Shown here: piece after piece, positions 34,665 to 64,000 of the stretch
Numbering within the stretch: the stretch's first letter is position 1
How the letters are laid out: each line of letters starts with the position of its first letter
Assembly: GCA_051294905.1 (NCBI GenBank)
Contig: CM119381.1
Location: 24,552,001-24,616,000 of the forward strand
Length of the DNA: 64,000 nucleotides
From: Botryllus schlosseri
Taxonomy: Eukaryota
Direction of reading: 5' to 3'
Made by a program: the position numbers and the translations under genes
Notes under the pieces: model-generated
What the model saw: the letters and a program-made list of their open reading frames with translations, nothing else
Databases searched by the model: none
What the model was told of the DNA's origin: nothing

Positions 34665-35577
34665 CTGGGGTGTCAAACATACGGCCCGCAGGCCGCATCC
34701 GGCCCGCCAAATGATTTCATCCGGCCCACGAAGCAATTCTGAGTAGATTGAAAAATACTTATATTACTCAACAGATATATAACAAATGTTGACATTATTT
34801 GTAGGACATACTTGTATTAAGTAGCTTAATTCCTCAAGACAACAAATGTCGCCCATATAGTCCTGTTTATAGCCCCCGAATGCGGTGTTGTGATTGCACC
34901 CTTGTTACCACTAGGAACAAATCGGTGACAATGAAACCGAATTTTATAATAAAAAAACTGTACATTGAGTTTAGAGTTTTATGGACAAAATTGAACGAAA
35001 AGTAGTTATTCACATATGCAAAAACGTCAGTGCGGAACCGCTCTACCCAGTTTACTCGGAGAATATATTAGTTGCACGAAAATATCATTCAAAAACCTTT
35101 GATCGCACTACTGTGCCACTTTTGACTTAAAAAGGTCCCCGGACTCCAGATAAACTGGTACCGTGATATTTTAATAGAAACCAAATTCCAACGTCCGCGT
35201 TTGCAGTTCAATCTCCTGTATGCCGCACAACGCATACTAAAGGCTACCGCCAGATTATGACCATAGCAAAGGAAGCATATAAATATGGCAACTTATATCG
35301 TCGTTAGCGCTACTGTTTTGGAGGTTGTAACTCTATTCAAACGGCCATTAATCGTTTTTTTTTTCAATTCCGTTGTTTGCGAATGTGTCGCGAGTTGCTG
35401 GAATAAACCATCTATGGCCCGTGATACAATGTAATGCCCTTATATTTATGCATGATTGATTATAAAGTATATAAGTAAAGATATGAGGCAACATTTTGGA
35501 ATCATTGACTGGTCCGGCCCGCGAGCGATTTGAAGGTTTGAATCCCGCCCGTGAAGCAATTCGAGTTTTCACCACTG
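34665..35577. mobile_element. hAT-like MITE (~910 bp)
   Basis: Ends CTGGGGTGTCAAAC...GAGTTTTCACCACTG; subterminal CGGCCCGC motifs; 8-bp TSD ccgtaggc/ccgtagac (7/8). Confidence 0.75.
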
Positions 35578-35599
35578 CCGTAGACCTACTCTTCAGCAC

Positions 35600-37100
35600 A
35601 GAGTAGTATTCATGTTGTGTTCTGGCTTTCTTCCAACAATCGCTCAAATCGAGAATGGCTCACGTATTGAAAGATATCTGTTAGCAGTTTCATCTAAGGG
35701 TAGAGAGCCTGCTTTTTACCAGAGTATCATGAAAGTTACGGGGCTTTACCGTATTGCTAGTAGCTGTCTTTGTGGGATCCTTACATTTCAGGCCGTTTTT
35801 CAGTATCTGCGGATGTTTCCGTATAAGATTTTATAGATTTTTCCCGGAAAAATCTATAGTGACCATAGATATTCTGTGATGATTTGCTCTTTCATTGTTT
35901 GACTGTTATTCATGATGACCTCCCAGGGAACATTGGTTGTCTTGTTTGCTTGGTATTTTATAACCTCTCGGTCATAGCCGGATTTCGCGAGTTTGCGCTG
36001 CAAAACTTCTAGAATCTAGATGACTTTCACTGCTTTCTTCTACCTTTGTGTAAATTCTTATACAGCTTTTCTATACAGCATGTATCTTTTGCAATGGATT
36101 GGATAAAAACTGTAGTCATTTAGAATTCGACCAGGGAGGTGAACAAGTAGATTTATCAATTATGCACGATTAGATCGTTTATTCGAATTCTGGTATGCTA
36201 ATCAATGACATGCTTTTGTTGGCTTTGGTCTTGAACGGACGGTAACGTTATAGATGAGCAATTTTGAGATAAATAAGGTAGTTTTACTGGATGACAAATC
36301 CCGTTTACGCGCTATATATAGAACAAATTATTATGTTTTCCTAAATCGGCGATCTTTTTACTTAAATGAAATGCATTAGCAGGTAAATAAAGTAGTTCAT
36401 GGTCGAAAGTAACTAGGGAAATTCTTCGACATCTAACAATATCATCGGGTCGAAAGATATAGTATCGAAACAAATTAATGCTTACTTTCGAGGTACGAGT
36501 AGTGGCGTCTCGGCACGATGACGGTTGAACGCGATTATCTACGGGAAGATTGGAAGCAAAATATTCAGCATTAAATAATGACCGTAATGCAATAAAATGA
36601 TATATATTTGGTTTGCTCTCGGCCGAACCCGATAGCCATAGCTTATTTTGCTCCAGAGCCGGCTCTAAACTGAGTGGAGCCAGAGATCCACCGCCACCGG
36701 TTTCGCACTCCTCATCTTTAGCCCTGCGTAGGTCTTCTACTCCAAAATTTTCTGGTTGCGGCAGTCTCGTTAGAATTATTTCGTGGTGTACCAAGCTAAA
36801 CTTATACTGGAAACATGGCTGAACAAGAACCCGGTGGTGGTGGAATTCAAGAGGTAAGCTTTTGTGCGCATTCCGTGGTTCTATAAGTCCAAATATAACT
36901 CGTGGATTGTCAACTCCAATATATCACGTATTTATGCTCTCTCAATGAACTTGCTGCCGATATTGATTTATTTGTGGGCATCCAAAAGTCATACTCAGCT
37001 GATATACGTTTATTTGATATATATTTTATTTGTGGAGCCGTTTAAGATATAATAGTGATATGTAGTTAACCATTAGCCTTTGTGTTATTCAAGTTTGATC
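35600..37100 (-). pseudogene. Decayed Penelope-like element (PLE) reverse-transcriptase region
   Basis: Minus-strand peptides in the expected PLE order, across stops and frameshifts: NKRISAEYDF (~36990), VHHE (~36785), INLFRYY..RPDDIV (~36440), NAFHLSKKI (~36365), YSFYPIHCKRYMLYRKAV (~36085), LAKSGYDREVIKYQ (~35970), RISMVT..NLIRKHPQIL (~35830), KPRNFHDTLVKSRL (~35720). Aligned by eye to the recalled PLE consensus only. Confidence 0.6.
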
Positions 37101-38140
37101 GGAGATTCGGAGGTGCCTTAACTTCTATCGTTCTTAAAAGATGTTTCGGTTATGATTTTAAGCAGTGTGTTGTCTAAGTATGTCCTGTATCTAATCTCAC
37201 CCCGTTTGTAATGTCTGCAATATTTGCTGTCATTTTCTGGTGATCTCTTTACCATTGCGGATACTTGCGTAATTCAGATCACAGTTGGTAGTAATTAGCA
37301 GTATCTCAAATATATCCTTGGTTATTTGTAAATTTGCAATGATCAATTTGCTGCATGGAATATAGTCGTATACATTTTCGATATATTAGAAGCCCATGAA
37401 GTATGTGTTTTTTAAATTGATGCTCTGAACTAAATTGATAAACAGCCAGGAAGGGTTGATTGATCACAAGATTGGATCAATGATTTTCTCCATGTTATAT
37501 CAATCTCGTGTACATCTAGTACATCAGCTGTGCTTCCCTTGAGTAGTAATGCAAATGCAGTAGCATATACTTATAGTTGAAATTCTCAGTATTCATCAAG
37601 CTGTCCATTATGTTCGGTATTTTTCTGTTTCATTTCATCAAGTGGAACATCATACCAACAGCATTGAAAGGCCTTTGCTTTCATGTGTAACTAGGTCTCA
37701 TAAATCATTACACCCATAAGTTGTCGTTTGCTGTAGCTGAAAACTAAACACTAGGCTGACTTTAAGCTCGATTCGTTTTGTGTAATGATGTGTCAATATA
37801 ACACCTTGCGTATAGCCTACTCAGTTGTGGATAGTTTTGAACAACACATTTTTGTAGTGCACAGGTCTCTGGGTATTGATCATGATTGTACAGTACATAT
37901 GGTCTCACTATTCAATATTTTTGGTCACTCTGCTTTGTCTTGCATGCCATAACCATGTAATAAAATAGTAATCCGTTTTAAGAGATGACCGTAGCTTTAT
38001 TGACTTGATAACCTGAACTTGGATTTTCCTAAAATTTCAATAATTAACCCAATGTAACGCCGTGTATCAGTTTTCAAATGCTTAATCTTGTGGCTGGTCT
38101 AACTTCATTTTGTGACTTCATAATTACACGAACTTAATTT

Positions 38141-38270
38141 TTGAGGTGCAGAACTTCAATATACAATTGAGTAATATATTCATATTTAAATAAACTTAAA
38201 TATTTTCGACTGACACTCGTCAGGGGTAATCGTCAGCAACCAGTAGAGAATCGGAAAGAAAATTGTGTAT
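38141..38270 (-). repeat. Copy of the hammerhead-motif repeat (cleavage triplet altered)
   Basis: Minus strand CCC-CTGACGA-GTGTCAGTC-GAAA-ATAT-TT; flanks shared with the other copies. Confidence 0.75.
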
Positions 38271-38939
38271 CGTTCGGATTTATGTCAATATGAATATGTT
38301 ATTCAATTGCAAACTTGATTGCAAGGCACTGCTTCGAACAAGTTCATCTGATATGGTTGTTCGGTGATGTAAATTTTGTTAACGAGTCACCTTAAACTAG
38401 TCTTGAATTACACTACACAGCCTATCGACTGTCTTGAGCATTTTAGTTCGTATGTTTCAGCATTCACGCTTCACCATTTCAAGTTTTCCCCAGTGTCTGA
38501 AACCCTCATACTTTACAGTCCAACCCTTTTAACTTCATGGTTTCTGCACAGTAATGCAATCAAGTCGTTCAAAATTCCTTCCATGCAGATAGTAGATCTG
38601 GTGTTTTATGATTGGGGCGTTTCATAGCTGCATTATATTGTACCAATACGTTTTCCTGTAACAGTAATTTCCGTTCTCCATTCAGCCATCCATCAAACAG
38701 ATAGGTGTTGCAGTTATGGTAACGTGACGGTTGTATCATGCAATCGGTGTCTTACGTAACCTAGCCTTTTCAAGTACGTGAAACAAATAATTGGTGATAA
38801 CTCTGAAACAACTATTTCTATCAAGCTAGCATCAGGCATAAGCGTCAGAGATTACGTAGTCTGGCTGACGCATGGATGGCCACTGCGCTCGGTCACGTGT
38901 TGCGAAAGAGAGTGGAATTTTTTGAAGCTGCCTCCACGC

Positions 38940-39118
38940 TCTCGCGACCGCCTATGTTTCTTTCGTTGAGTCAGTTTTGCGACGAGTGGGTATCGCTTCC
39001 GCGCGAAACAAGTCTTGTTTCTGCCGTTCTCCGGGCGCGCTGGCCGGTCATTTCTCTCTACTGACTCTAGTTTCTCGAGCGCTGTGTATTTAAACTGCGC
39101 TTAATGGATTACGTATGA
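38940..39118 (+). promoter_or_regulatory. Candidate promoter / first exon of the Na,K-ATPase gene
   Basis: CpG-rich stretch, upstream CACGTG (~38895), TCAGTT initiator at 38971, then ATG GAT TAC|GTATGA (39104-39112, phase 0). Inference only. Confidence 0.3.
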
Positions 39119-39359
39119 ATGGAGACCCGGCGTTGTTGTACACACTTTTGGGGTGTTCTCGTCTGAGTTGGGCATTGTTAGGCGGCGTGTAATTTTCCTT
39201 AAAGTCGGCGTAGTAGCCGGGCCGGTATGACGTAGCAATATTCAAGTAAAATCATTACGCGCGCACTAGTTTCGCACGAAGCTTCAAACACACTTTAATT
39301 TTCGTACACGTTTTACAGGAGTGATTTTAACGGCAATTTCAAGTCGCTTAGTATCAGTT

Positions 39360-39720
39360 TTATTAATGATTTCACCCTTTCAAAACATTGCGATACAATA
39401 AAAAGATAGGAAGTTGTCGAAACGACGTTTGAAATTAGGGCCTAGGCGATGTAAATAAGATGCGTACACAATAAATAAATACAAGTTAATCCCCTAGTTT
39501 ACCGGACCACAACCTGACATATCGATCTCGCCTTTCGACACATGCCACCTTTTTCTTGTCACCTGTCCTTTTATACTATTTTCTTTTACTTTTCATACAG
39601 TGTGCATGCCTGCTTTTTTACATCGCCTAGGCCCAGTTGGGTGTCTGCCTTCGAAGACTACCCGAAGTCGTTTCGACACCTTCCTATCTTTCATTGTATC
39701 GCAGTCTTGTGGTGTATTGC
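39360..39720. repeat. Imperfect fold-back (long inverted repeat) element
   Basis: ttgcgatacaataaaagataggaag..gtcgaaacgac..cctaggcgatgtaaa is mirrored by tttacatcgcctagg..gtcgtttcgacaccttcctatctttcattgtatcgca; related fragments near 27920, 34400 and 59935. Confidence 0.65.
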
Positions 39721-41166
39721 AATGATGAAAATTGTAGCAATAAATTGAATTGATTTGAACACACTGGGCGGGAAGAACTAGGGGATAACATAAAACTGCT
39801 AGGCATGGAAATGCTAAGCGAACTATGGAATTACAGATAACGCCGATCCCGATTCTCTGATTCACAATTACTGTCGTGCGGTTAGTTGTAATCGAATATG
39901 ATTTTTGCTGCCCGTGTGTGCCTAGTATCCCTCGAAATCAGTTATACCGAATGTTGTTCCACCTCGTTTTCCAAGATTCGCGGTAATCTCCAATCGAGTC
40001 ATCGACGTATCTATGACTAATCGACTCTGGTGACATCGATAGATAGATAAACGAAAAATAGCTGAGATGAGATGTACTGTCGTTGCTGAAATACGCCTCG
40101 TTTCTGATACAATACGATCGGAAATCTAACGTACGGTTAGGTAGGTCGAAAGCACGCCTCATACATAGCAACGTACAAATTCCTTCCCGTAAATGCATTC
40201 TCGGCTAGCCACAGTCCAAGGTGACCCGCTGATAGTATATCCGCTCCCGCTCACTCCCGGAAATCGTTGTTCTGACTGTTGCCCGATTGCATGCTGATTG
40301 CGTGAATGTACCGTTGCCCGGCTAGTGACAAGGTGTCCTTTAGTAGCGGTTGCCCGGATAATCACATCGCCGCAAGCTTTAATGTCACGGTCATACTATA
40401 CTGACTTCCGCGAATAAAGAGTATATTTGCTAAGAATCTTGTATCATCGCGGCGTTCAGAATCAATGAACAGTTGCATTAATTTCACAGCGGGTTATATT
40501 CGACTATATCGTCCCGTCTCATGTATTACCCAATTTCGCAATCATCGATTGTGGCCCAGAACGAAAGGCCGTGTCGGTCCCAAGGGGCGCGCGGCGCTCA
40601 ATGCTACGCAGTCGGAGCTTACGCATGAGTGAACCGTCTCGGTGACCTTCCGCCGTCGCCGATGATGAAGTGTAGGATTAGTTTGAAACGGAAGAAATTT
40701 GCAGTCTTGTATAGCCGTGGACTTGTGAATTTAGCGGTTTGTGCCGTGCAGGGTTTTGCGTAAGCGGGGGGAGGGTGATTGTGTACCAAGAAAGAAATAG
40801 CAATGGAGCAATACAGCCTAGTAGGGATGAGTTTATACGAATGGTGGGCATCTTATGTATAGTGGAGTGGTTTGCGATTAGTTCATATCCAGTTTGTTCA
40901 CTCATATCACTTTTTTAAAACCTATTTTGTCCGCAAACGCAGACTTCTTAGACTACCAGTCTACGATAGACTTGCACATGCTCGAACGTACTTGAGACCA
41001 TATGTACAAGCAAACGAGATCAATACCCATAAACCTTGGCATTACAAAAATGCGCGGTAGACTTGCGATTGATCCGCAATGTACGGCTCTGGCAACTATT
41101 GCGCAGCGGAACCGGGTTTGCGATGGAATAGCTACTCGCGCGCGGAACTAGGTTCACTCGGAGGCA

Positions 41167-41190
41167 ATGAGCTCTAAGAATTATTTGTGT
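41167..41190 (+). CDS. Candidate alternative first coding exon of the Na,K-ATPase alpha (MSSKNYLC)
   Basis: ATG, 8 codons, then a perfect GTAAGT donor in phase 0; no homology support. Confidence 0.35.
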
Positions 41191-41790
41191 GTAAGTAATC
41201 GATTGCGAATTTGTTCGGATCGATTTTTTCCCTGTGCACCGCTATCTCACCTGATCCCGGTAATTGCTCTGCCCGATGGACTGTAATGGTGGCATTGATT
41301 TGGGCACGCCTGGTTGACATTGTCATTCGCGTTGCGTGTGACCGTGTCCGCCTGCGAGTGCGCAACTTCTCAGAAAATTGTATTTTTGTAGAAGTATTGT
41401 GTGTAGACTATAGAGATAATTCCAATCAACAATACAGTGCCAGACAATAGCATGTTTTCACCACGCGAGCATCAGATCTTTACAAGCTTTCTTTTATTAG
41501 TGTGCTGCCGGAACTGTTATGTAACTTCTGGTAAGTGCGACTAGTCCTGCAAATGCTGTGGACTGCTGAAATAATGATTAACCAACTGTTGACCGAGCTC
41601 TGCCTTTGGCTCGTGGTCACAGCGATCCGAGGAGCATTAGGTTGCTCGCGAATGCGAGGCATTGTGCGTGTCCCGGTGTGTGAGTATTGCGAAATCCTGT
41701 TACGAGGTTACGGCCTTATTGTTTGCGGTTCTTTTTTGCTTAGTCCCATAAAGGCTACTTCTGGAGGGTGATGCCGTGTTTGATTTTCAG

Positions 41791-41880
41791 TCGCCGGTAG
41801 ATCATCCGTCGACGCCGCAAGGCCCTCGTCGCAAGTCCAAAGAGCAGCGAGAATCGCAGAGAGCTGAGGGAGTAGCGCCG
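41791..41880 (+). CDS. Candidate 90-nt symmetric (phase 0-0) N-terminal exon of the Na,K-ATPase alpha (SPVDHPSTPQGPRRKSKEQRESQRAEGVAP)
   Basis: TTTTCAG acceptor, CCG|GTATGT donor, exactly 30 open codons, GC-rich like the true exons. Confidence 0.45.
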
Positions 41881-43863
41881 GTATGTTGTACAAGGGGGAG
41901 TGTGTGCAGGAAGGAATGTTTCTGTGATAAAAAGAGTGTATCCGCGGTTTAGTTTTAGTTCTTGAAAGCACAGTGTAATGCAGTTTTTAGGGAAGGGTTT
42001 ATTACAGAATTTGACTGCTAGAAGATTTTTCAGCTTCCGTCAAATTTGATTACAATTGGAATTATATCTGCACAGTGCACAGTTTTGTTCCAAGTCAGAT
42101 TAGAATTAGAATTACTATCTCGAGTCTGGGGTATCTTGAAATGCTCAGGCCTCAGACCATAGTTTGACAGCTATAAAATTTGCAGCTTTCCCGGATTTAG
42201 ATTGGAATTGTAATTATAGCCACGCATTTTTTTTCGAGTTACGTTAGATTAGTTTTACTGTGTTTCTCGCGAAATCTTTGAAATTGGATGAAATTCTGGA
42301 TTGGAAAGGAAATCGACAAAATTCAATTTCAGCTCATGGCAAACAGAGTTCATTCTCGCAAGCACGAGAATTGCAAATGTCTGTACGCAGTTTCACAAAA
42401 TCATATTAGAATTAGATTACTGTCGTTTTTCTCTAATTATGTAATTGTCGAAGTCTGTTTTATCGGGCCGTACGTTTTCTTCCAGCAAATAACTTGCCAA
42501 GTATTGAGTCACAATCAGGCCTCATTATGCCCCATCGACTATCGCGAGCGACGGCCAATAAAGTCGCTTCGATCGAATTGGCCTGTATGTTTTTTTTCGC
42601 TGTCAATCGACCGTTCCACAAAGTATCGCGGCGCACCGGTTTTAGACCATTGCATTATTCATAACTTTGAGCGTTTTCCCGTGCGGTATCAACTGCTTCG
42701 TATGGACACGAATTTCGATGGCATTTTTCGCTGTGGTCTACGGGAGCTGGGAGGGCGCGATAGTTTAAGGCTTTTATGCGTGTTTGGGATGTGTTGCAGG
42801 GGTTGAATACTTGCTATGTTCGAGTGGGCGCTAGGTGACTGCCTAGTGCCTATATATGGTCGGTATGCGCGCTTCACGTGCGGAAAACGTGGTTTAATTA
42901 CGGCGTAAGATATGAATTGGCAAAATATGCAGGGTTTGAGCTGATTGGGTATTTCTACGCCGTCAGCGTACCGTGGAAAACTACGTTTTGCTATGCAGCA
43001 CCAAGTAATAGTGTTCTGATGGTTGTCTAGCTCCATTTCGTGATTGTGATGTTTGAGTTTCTTCAGACGTCGGTTATGGATATATTGTATTGAGAGTGAG
43101 AGAGAGACTCATATCTACGGATGCAGATTCCGTTATTTATTTGACTCTCTTTACCGTACGCTTTTAGCAGGTTAATTGATCCCCCAAATTCGTACACCAT
43201 CGCAAGTTCTGGTATTCTCAGTGCGATTTTGAACGAGTCGTATGCTGCTAAGTACGAAAATGTGCAGTATGGTCATTAGCTTCGATTTTAGACTCTTTTA
43301 GGTACGGACGTTCAACATACAATTGAATACCTAGTAGATTTTGTTCATGAAAAACATTGGATGTTATTTTCGACCTGTAATCCATAGTTGCGGAGTAAGG
43401 TATTCCATCTATAATACGGGCATGTCTTTGCATATAGTTGGATATGTATCACGAATCGCGTAGTTCAAGAACAATCGATACGCCGATCGTCTCCATTCCG
43501 TCCGTTGTAGATGTTTCCGAATTGTCGGCGCGCTGATTTATCAATGTTGAGTCGGCTAATGTGGTTTTGCACCGCTCCTGCATTCGGAAAATCGTAATTA
43601 CCCATTTTGTGTGGTGACGCGTTCAAAACCGCCAGCCATCTTCGTCATCGGGGGATTTGAGGAATTATGTTAATCTCAGGTTCCGTACCCGTCTGCGTTT
43701 GTACCCTTCCGTACGATTGAGTCTGAACGCGGCAATCGATGGCACCAGATCCTTCCGTTTCGTGTTGGTATTTTTCTTGGTTCTACCGATGAATTTACTT
43801 GTCGGCATCTGCAACTAAGTCCCTCCCACGAATGTACTCTCTGCAAGTCACTGACGATCGCCT

Positions 43864-43930
43864 CTGACGAGTGTCAGCCCCAAATATCTTGGTTAGTTTC
43901 AATATGAATATGCTATTCAATTGTACAAAT
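43864..43930 (+). repeat. Degenerate copy of the hammerhead-motif repeat
   Basis: ctgacgagtgtcagccccaaatatcttggttagtttcaatatgaatatgctattcaattg. Confidence 0.6.
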
Positions 43931-45989
43931 GTTTTTATGAGAATATGCTATTTCAGCAGTGGCTTGGGTCGACGCACCGTGATATATAGTCCGTGCGTTG
44001 GTAAAGTACTATTGCCTTCGTGCGGTTGCTTCTATATTTTCCGCTCCATTGCTTTTCAATAAGGCGGGCACTTTTATTTTGCGTCCGGGAGCCAATGTTT
44101 TGTTTGCATCTGAAAGCGAATTATCGCGTTTAATACCAGGCCGCTACTGCTGTATGTTATTGTCGATTCGAAGACTTGTCGCTTTCGTGACTGCTGTGGC
44201 TTCACGAGTGATGCTCGAATATTCTACTCGATTCGGGATCGAATCTTGAATCGAATCAGAATCTTGCAGACCGATTGCAGCATTTTGGGATTGATATCAC
44301 TTCGTAAATTTTCGCGATACGCAGCTCGTTTTTTTACGGCCGCAGCCTGAAGCGCGTTCATTTCGACGGGTGCGTTATGATAAATCATGCGTTTCGTTTT
44401 GTATTCACGCTTCCAAGCCGGTGTGTGGCTCGTTATTTGCTTTACGTCTCGGAAGATATTGTCTGAGTAAGCACAGATTGACGATTTCCATCAATTGCCT
44501 TTCACAGTGCGCGGAACAGATTCGGCATAGTCAAAATTCTGTATTTTGGATGCTTTTTGTGCGGTTGAAACAGGCTTTTTGTACTCGACGCATGAGCGAT
44601 GGAACCGGGGGTCTTTGTGTGTTCGGACGCATGCGTGATGGTCGTCTAACATACCCCGCCTTATAGATTCTCGCTTTATACGCTTTATAAAGCATGTGAA
44701 GAATCATTGTGCGCGGCTTTATGCTCTGTGTTTGTTGGTGTAATGAGGCGGTATTGTGTTCAACTTGAGTACGCGACTGTACCTGCGGCTGACTGATAAT
44801 ATTGAGGTATCCTGTTGCACTCTGTAGGAGAACCAGTGAAATGTAGTCGGATTGAAAAAAAGTGAGACGGTTCGGTCATCGGGTGACCGAGGTAGACATG
44901 ACGGGTATGGTTCGCTGAACGCGTGTTGTTAATGTCTCTCTGTTCGAATGCGTGTTTTTCGAGTGAAATAGAGATGCCTTTTATTTGTGGTACTGGACAT
45001 TAATATGCATTTTAATATATTTTTGCGTCTTGTCTTCGGAGTGAAAAATTAGATTTGAAGATACTTTTTGGGGTACTGAACTTAAATATGCTTTTTAGTT
45101 ACGTATTCTCTACGTTGAAGTTTCTAATCCGAAATAGGTAACGGGCTGAAACCTAATATGGATTGAATATACATGTAAAGATGTAATGTATTACGTTATG
45201 AAAATATTGTTAAAACGTATATTTATATTAGATTTGCGCCCGTTACTGATTTCGGACAACTCGATTCAAATTTGATTGTGACGTAACATGCTAGTGACTT
45301 GGTTTCGCTGCTAATGGTTACAGATATAGGACAATCTATGGAATGAACCCGAATTTTATACTTAATCAATTGCATATTGAATTTCTGTACATCCAATAAG
45401 CTATTCAGATATGTAGCCGGGTAATTATACTTGAAAAGGTATTGTTGTCATGCTAGGTTGTATGATTCTCATTTTCGGCTCTCCGCAGATTGCTTAGTAG
45501 GGATCAGACGAATATGATTAAGTGCCGCGACCCTTGATCAGCAACACACGACCGTCGCGTCCTAGTGTGCTACTAATCATGGGAAGGTATTTTTGAGGCA
45601 GAGAGAGTCTCTCCGATATACATCGAAATTATTCACATAGGGATTCAGTTGAAATCGCACGCTGTCGTTAGCTATCCGACAAGACGGTTCTGTGGATTTT
45701 GAAAAGCACGGAGTAATTTTGCGATAAGTTTGCGAAATGTAATCGTCATATGAATAGCCCCTGCATCACGGTAACTCGGTGGTCTTCGGCCAGCGGTACG
45801 CGAAGTAAGTTCAGGTGGTACGCAGCAATTCAAGAAATGTATTCGTCGAATGCATAGTGAAATACCGTTCGACTAGGTTGCACCCAGTCTAGATCTGCTT
45901 GAGAAGAATAAATTGCAACCATCATATTAAATTATGCCTTGTTTTTATGTGAAACTTGTGTTGATAATTAAATCAGGGGCGAATTCCCA

Positions 45990-46075
45990 ACCACTGCGGT
46001 AACTGAATGTTGGCCTCTCTCGATCGGTAGGTCGTGGGTTTAAATCTCAGGACGGGTCAGACCGAAGACTCGATT
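45990..46075 (+). mobile_element. Degenerate tRNA-derived SINE head
   Basis: B-box-like GGTCGTGGGTTTAAATCTC followed by GGGTCAGACCGAAGAC; does not fold into a full cloverleaf. Confidence 0.35.
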
Positions 46076-46730
46076 TCTTAAAGCGAAACCCGGAATGGGA
46101 GAGAAAAATAGTGATGGTGCTGACTCCATAAACTTGCCGAAACTTCTCGGTGCGGTGGTGTATACGAAAATATACTACCGATGGCTTTCTCTAAATGTGC
46201 GGTTATAAGAATTGATTCACGCTGTATAAGTAATTAAGTATATATGTTCTCACACCAGAGGAGATTCCACAATTACGGTCTCGTAGCTGGGAAGTTTCGC
46301 GCGTCGCGTATCCGATATTGTCGACTCGGCGCAAATTACCAATAACTTACACGCGGGATATTGATCGTTCTCGCCTGGGACCGTCATCTTGTGAGAAAAC
46401 TAATTTGCGTCCGGCGATTTTCCGTGCCGCTCACCGGCGTTCTCATTAGCGGCTGTTGTTGATTTGTATTTTGATTGCGAAACTTCGAGGCTGCCGTCGA
46501 CGGGTATGAGCGTAGCTAGCTGGTTGGTTGATGAAGTCAGTGGGATGGTATTGATCTGTAATTTCGGGGGGCGATCGTGTTTGTCGCGTAGCTTCTTTTG
46601 CGTTTTGTTCTATCCACGGCAGGATGTGTTGTATGGATTACAGTACAGCTACCATTGCTACTTGATATTTTGTGATACCAGGGTTGCTTATCCCGGACTT
46701 TTTCTATTTCATGTTGTTGTGCCTGATTAG

Positions 46731-63221
<16,491 letters not shown>

Positions 63222-64000
63222 GTGGGTCGCGTGACAGGATTTTCTAGGCTTGGATGATTGAAATATATCAACTTCTAGTCCTAGTGTGATATGGTGCAGT
63301 CCCGCTATTCGCGTTAACGGGTGCGTGCTGCGTATTGCTCATCGTGTGTTTAAAGTGAACTTGGGTATTCAGGGCAATATCACAACCAACGCAATGTTAT
63401 AGTTTCTACAATTACCCGATCGCCTTGCGATGTTACACTTTCGATTAACAATTGCAGATTTTGTGTCATACACTACGGACGGTCCTATACTTTAAGCCTC
63501 AACTTATCGGACGTATTGTGCGATAAATTGAATTTCTATACACAAGGCAATAACACAACTCTACACTGTATTCTTTTCTGAGACCATTTCAGTGTGGTGC
63601 AGTTTGGTTGTAATAAGGTGCAGGTTTTGTGGGATATCCTGCCGCCCTACTAGTCAGAGTTGGTTAAGCTCTTCCAAATTAGATTGCAGTTAGGATTATT
63701 GCTAAAGAGCATTTTCCGAGTTAGATTAGAATTGGAATTACTGAAAACTTGAACGCGAAAACTTGGGTGGTCATTGAATGAATGCAAGTAGATATCAAAT
63801 CATAGTTTTTTTCTCATCGGCACGAGAACAGCAAATGTCTCTGCGGCAATTGCCCCGTTTCGCACTACACAATTCTCCTGTTGCAGTTTCAGGAAAACCC
63901 GAAATTCGTGAAGAATTAATAATTAAAGATAGAAACATCTCACAAATTAGATTAGAATTAGTATAATTAGTCATATTATACAACTAGAATTATCTAATTG

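Noticed and set aside
36815-36853. ATG GCT GAA...GAG|GTAAGC, a phase-0 candidate first exon (MAEQEPGGGGIQE) for the pump
   Set aside because: It lies antisense within the Penelope-like fossil and has no homology support; chance is likely, although exonisation cannot be excluded without RNA data.
42288-42806. 172-aa + strand ORF upstream of the pump
   Set aside because: It begins in AATTAG repeat sequence, has no recognisable motif and no exon-like splice context.
45990-46075. Possible tRNA gene
   Set aside because: Only a degenerate B-box/T-arm-like part is present, with no acceptor stem or cloverleaf; recorded as a SINE head instead.

Overview
Eukaryotic (metazoan, probably invertebrate) genomic DNA with GT-AG introns. 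It holds two spliced + strand genes. (1) The 3' 30 exons of an outer-arm axonemal dynein heavy chain of the DNAH5/DNAH8 type (1008-27464, ending ...[14 protein letters not shown]). (2) The 5' two-thirds of a Na+/K+-ATPase alpha subunit (46731 to >63221), with a tandem cluster of three 135-nt, probably mutually exclusive exons and several candidate alternative 5' exons. An intact, very young 4,240-bp Ty3/Gypsy element lies antisense in dynein intron 28 (identical 243-bp LTRs, CTTCC target-site duplication, single 1229-aa ORF). It has no tRNA primer-binding site. Instead the sequence just inside the 5' LTR is the exact complement of the first 11 nt after a TATA/initiator-predicted start site, which points to Tf1-like self-priming. 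Its RT motif is YLDN rather than YxDD. A ~170-nt dispersed repeat (8 loci) carries a minimal type I hammerhead-ribozyme motif, and a decayed Penelope-like RT lies between the two genes. Introns also contain many hAT-like and Kolobok-like MITEs and hexamer-based tandem arrays. All homology calls were made by eye from recalled family motifs; no database search was run.
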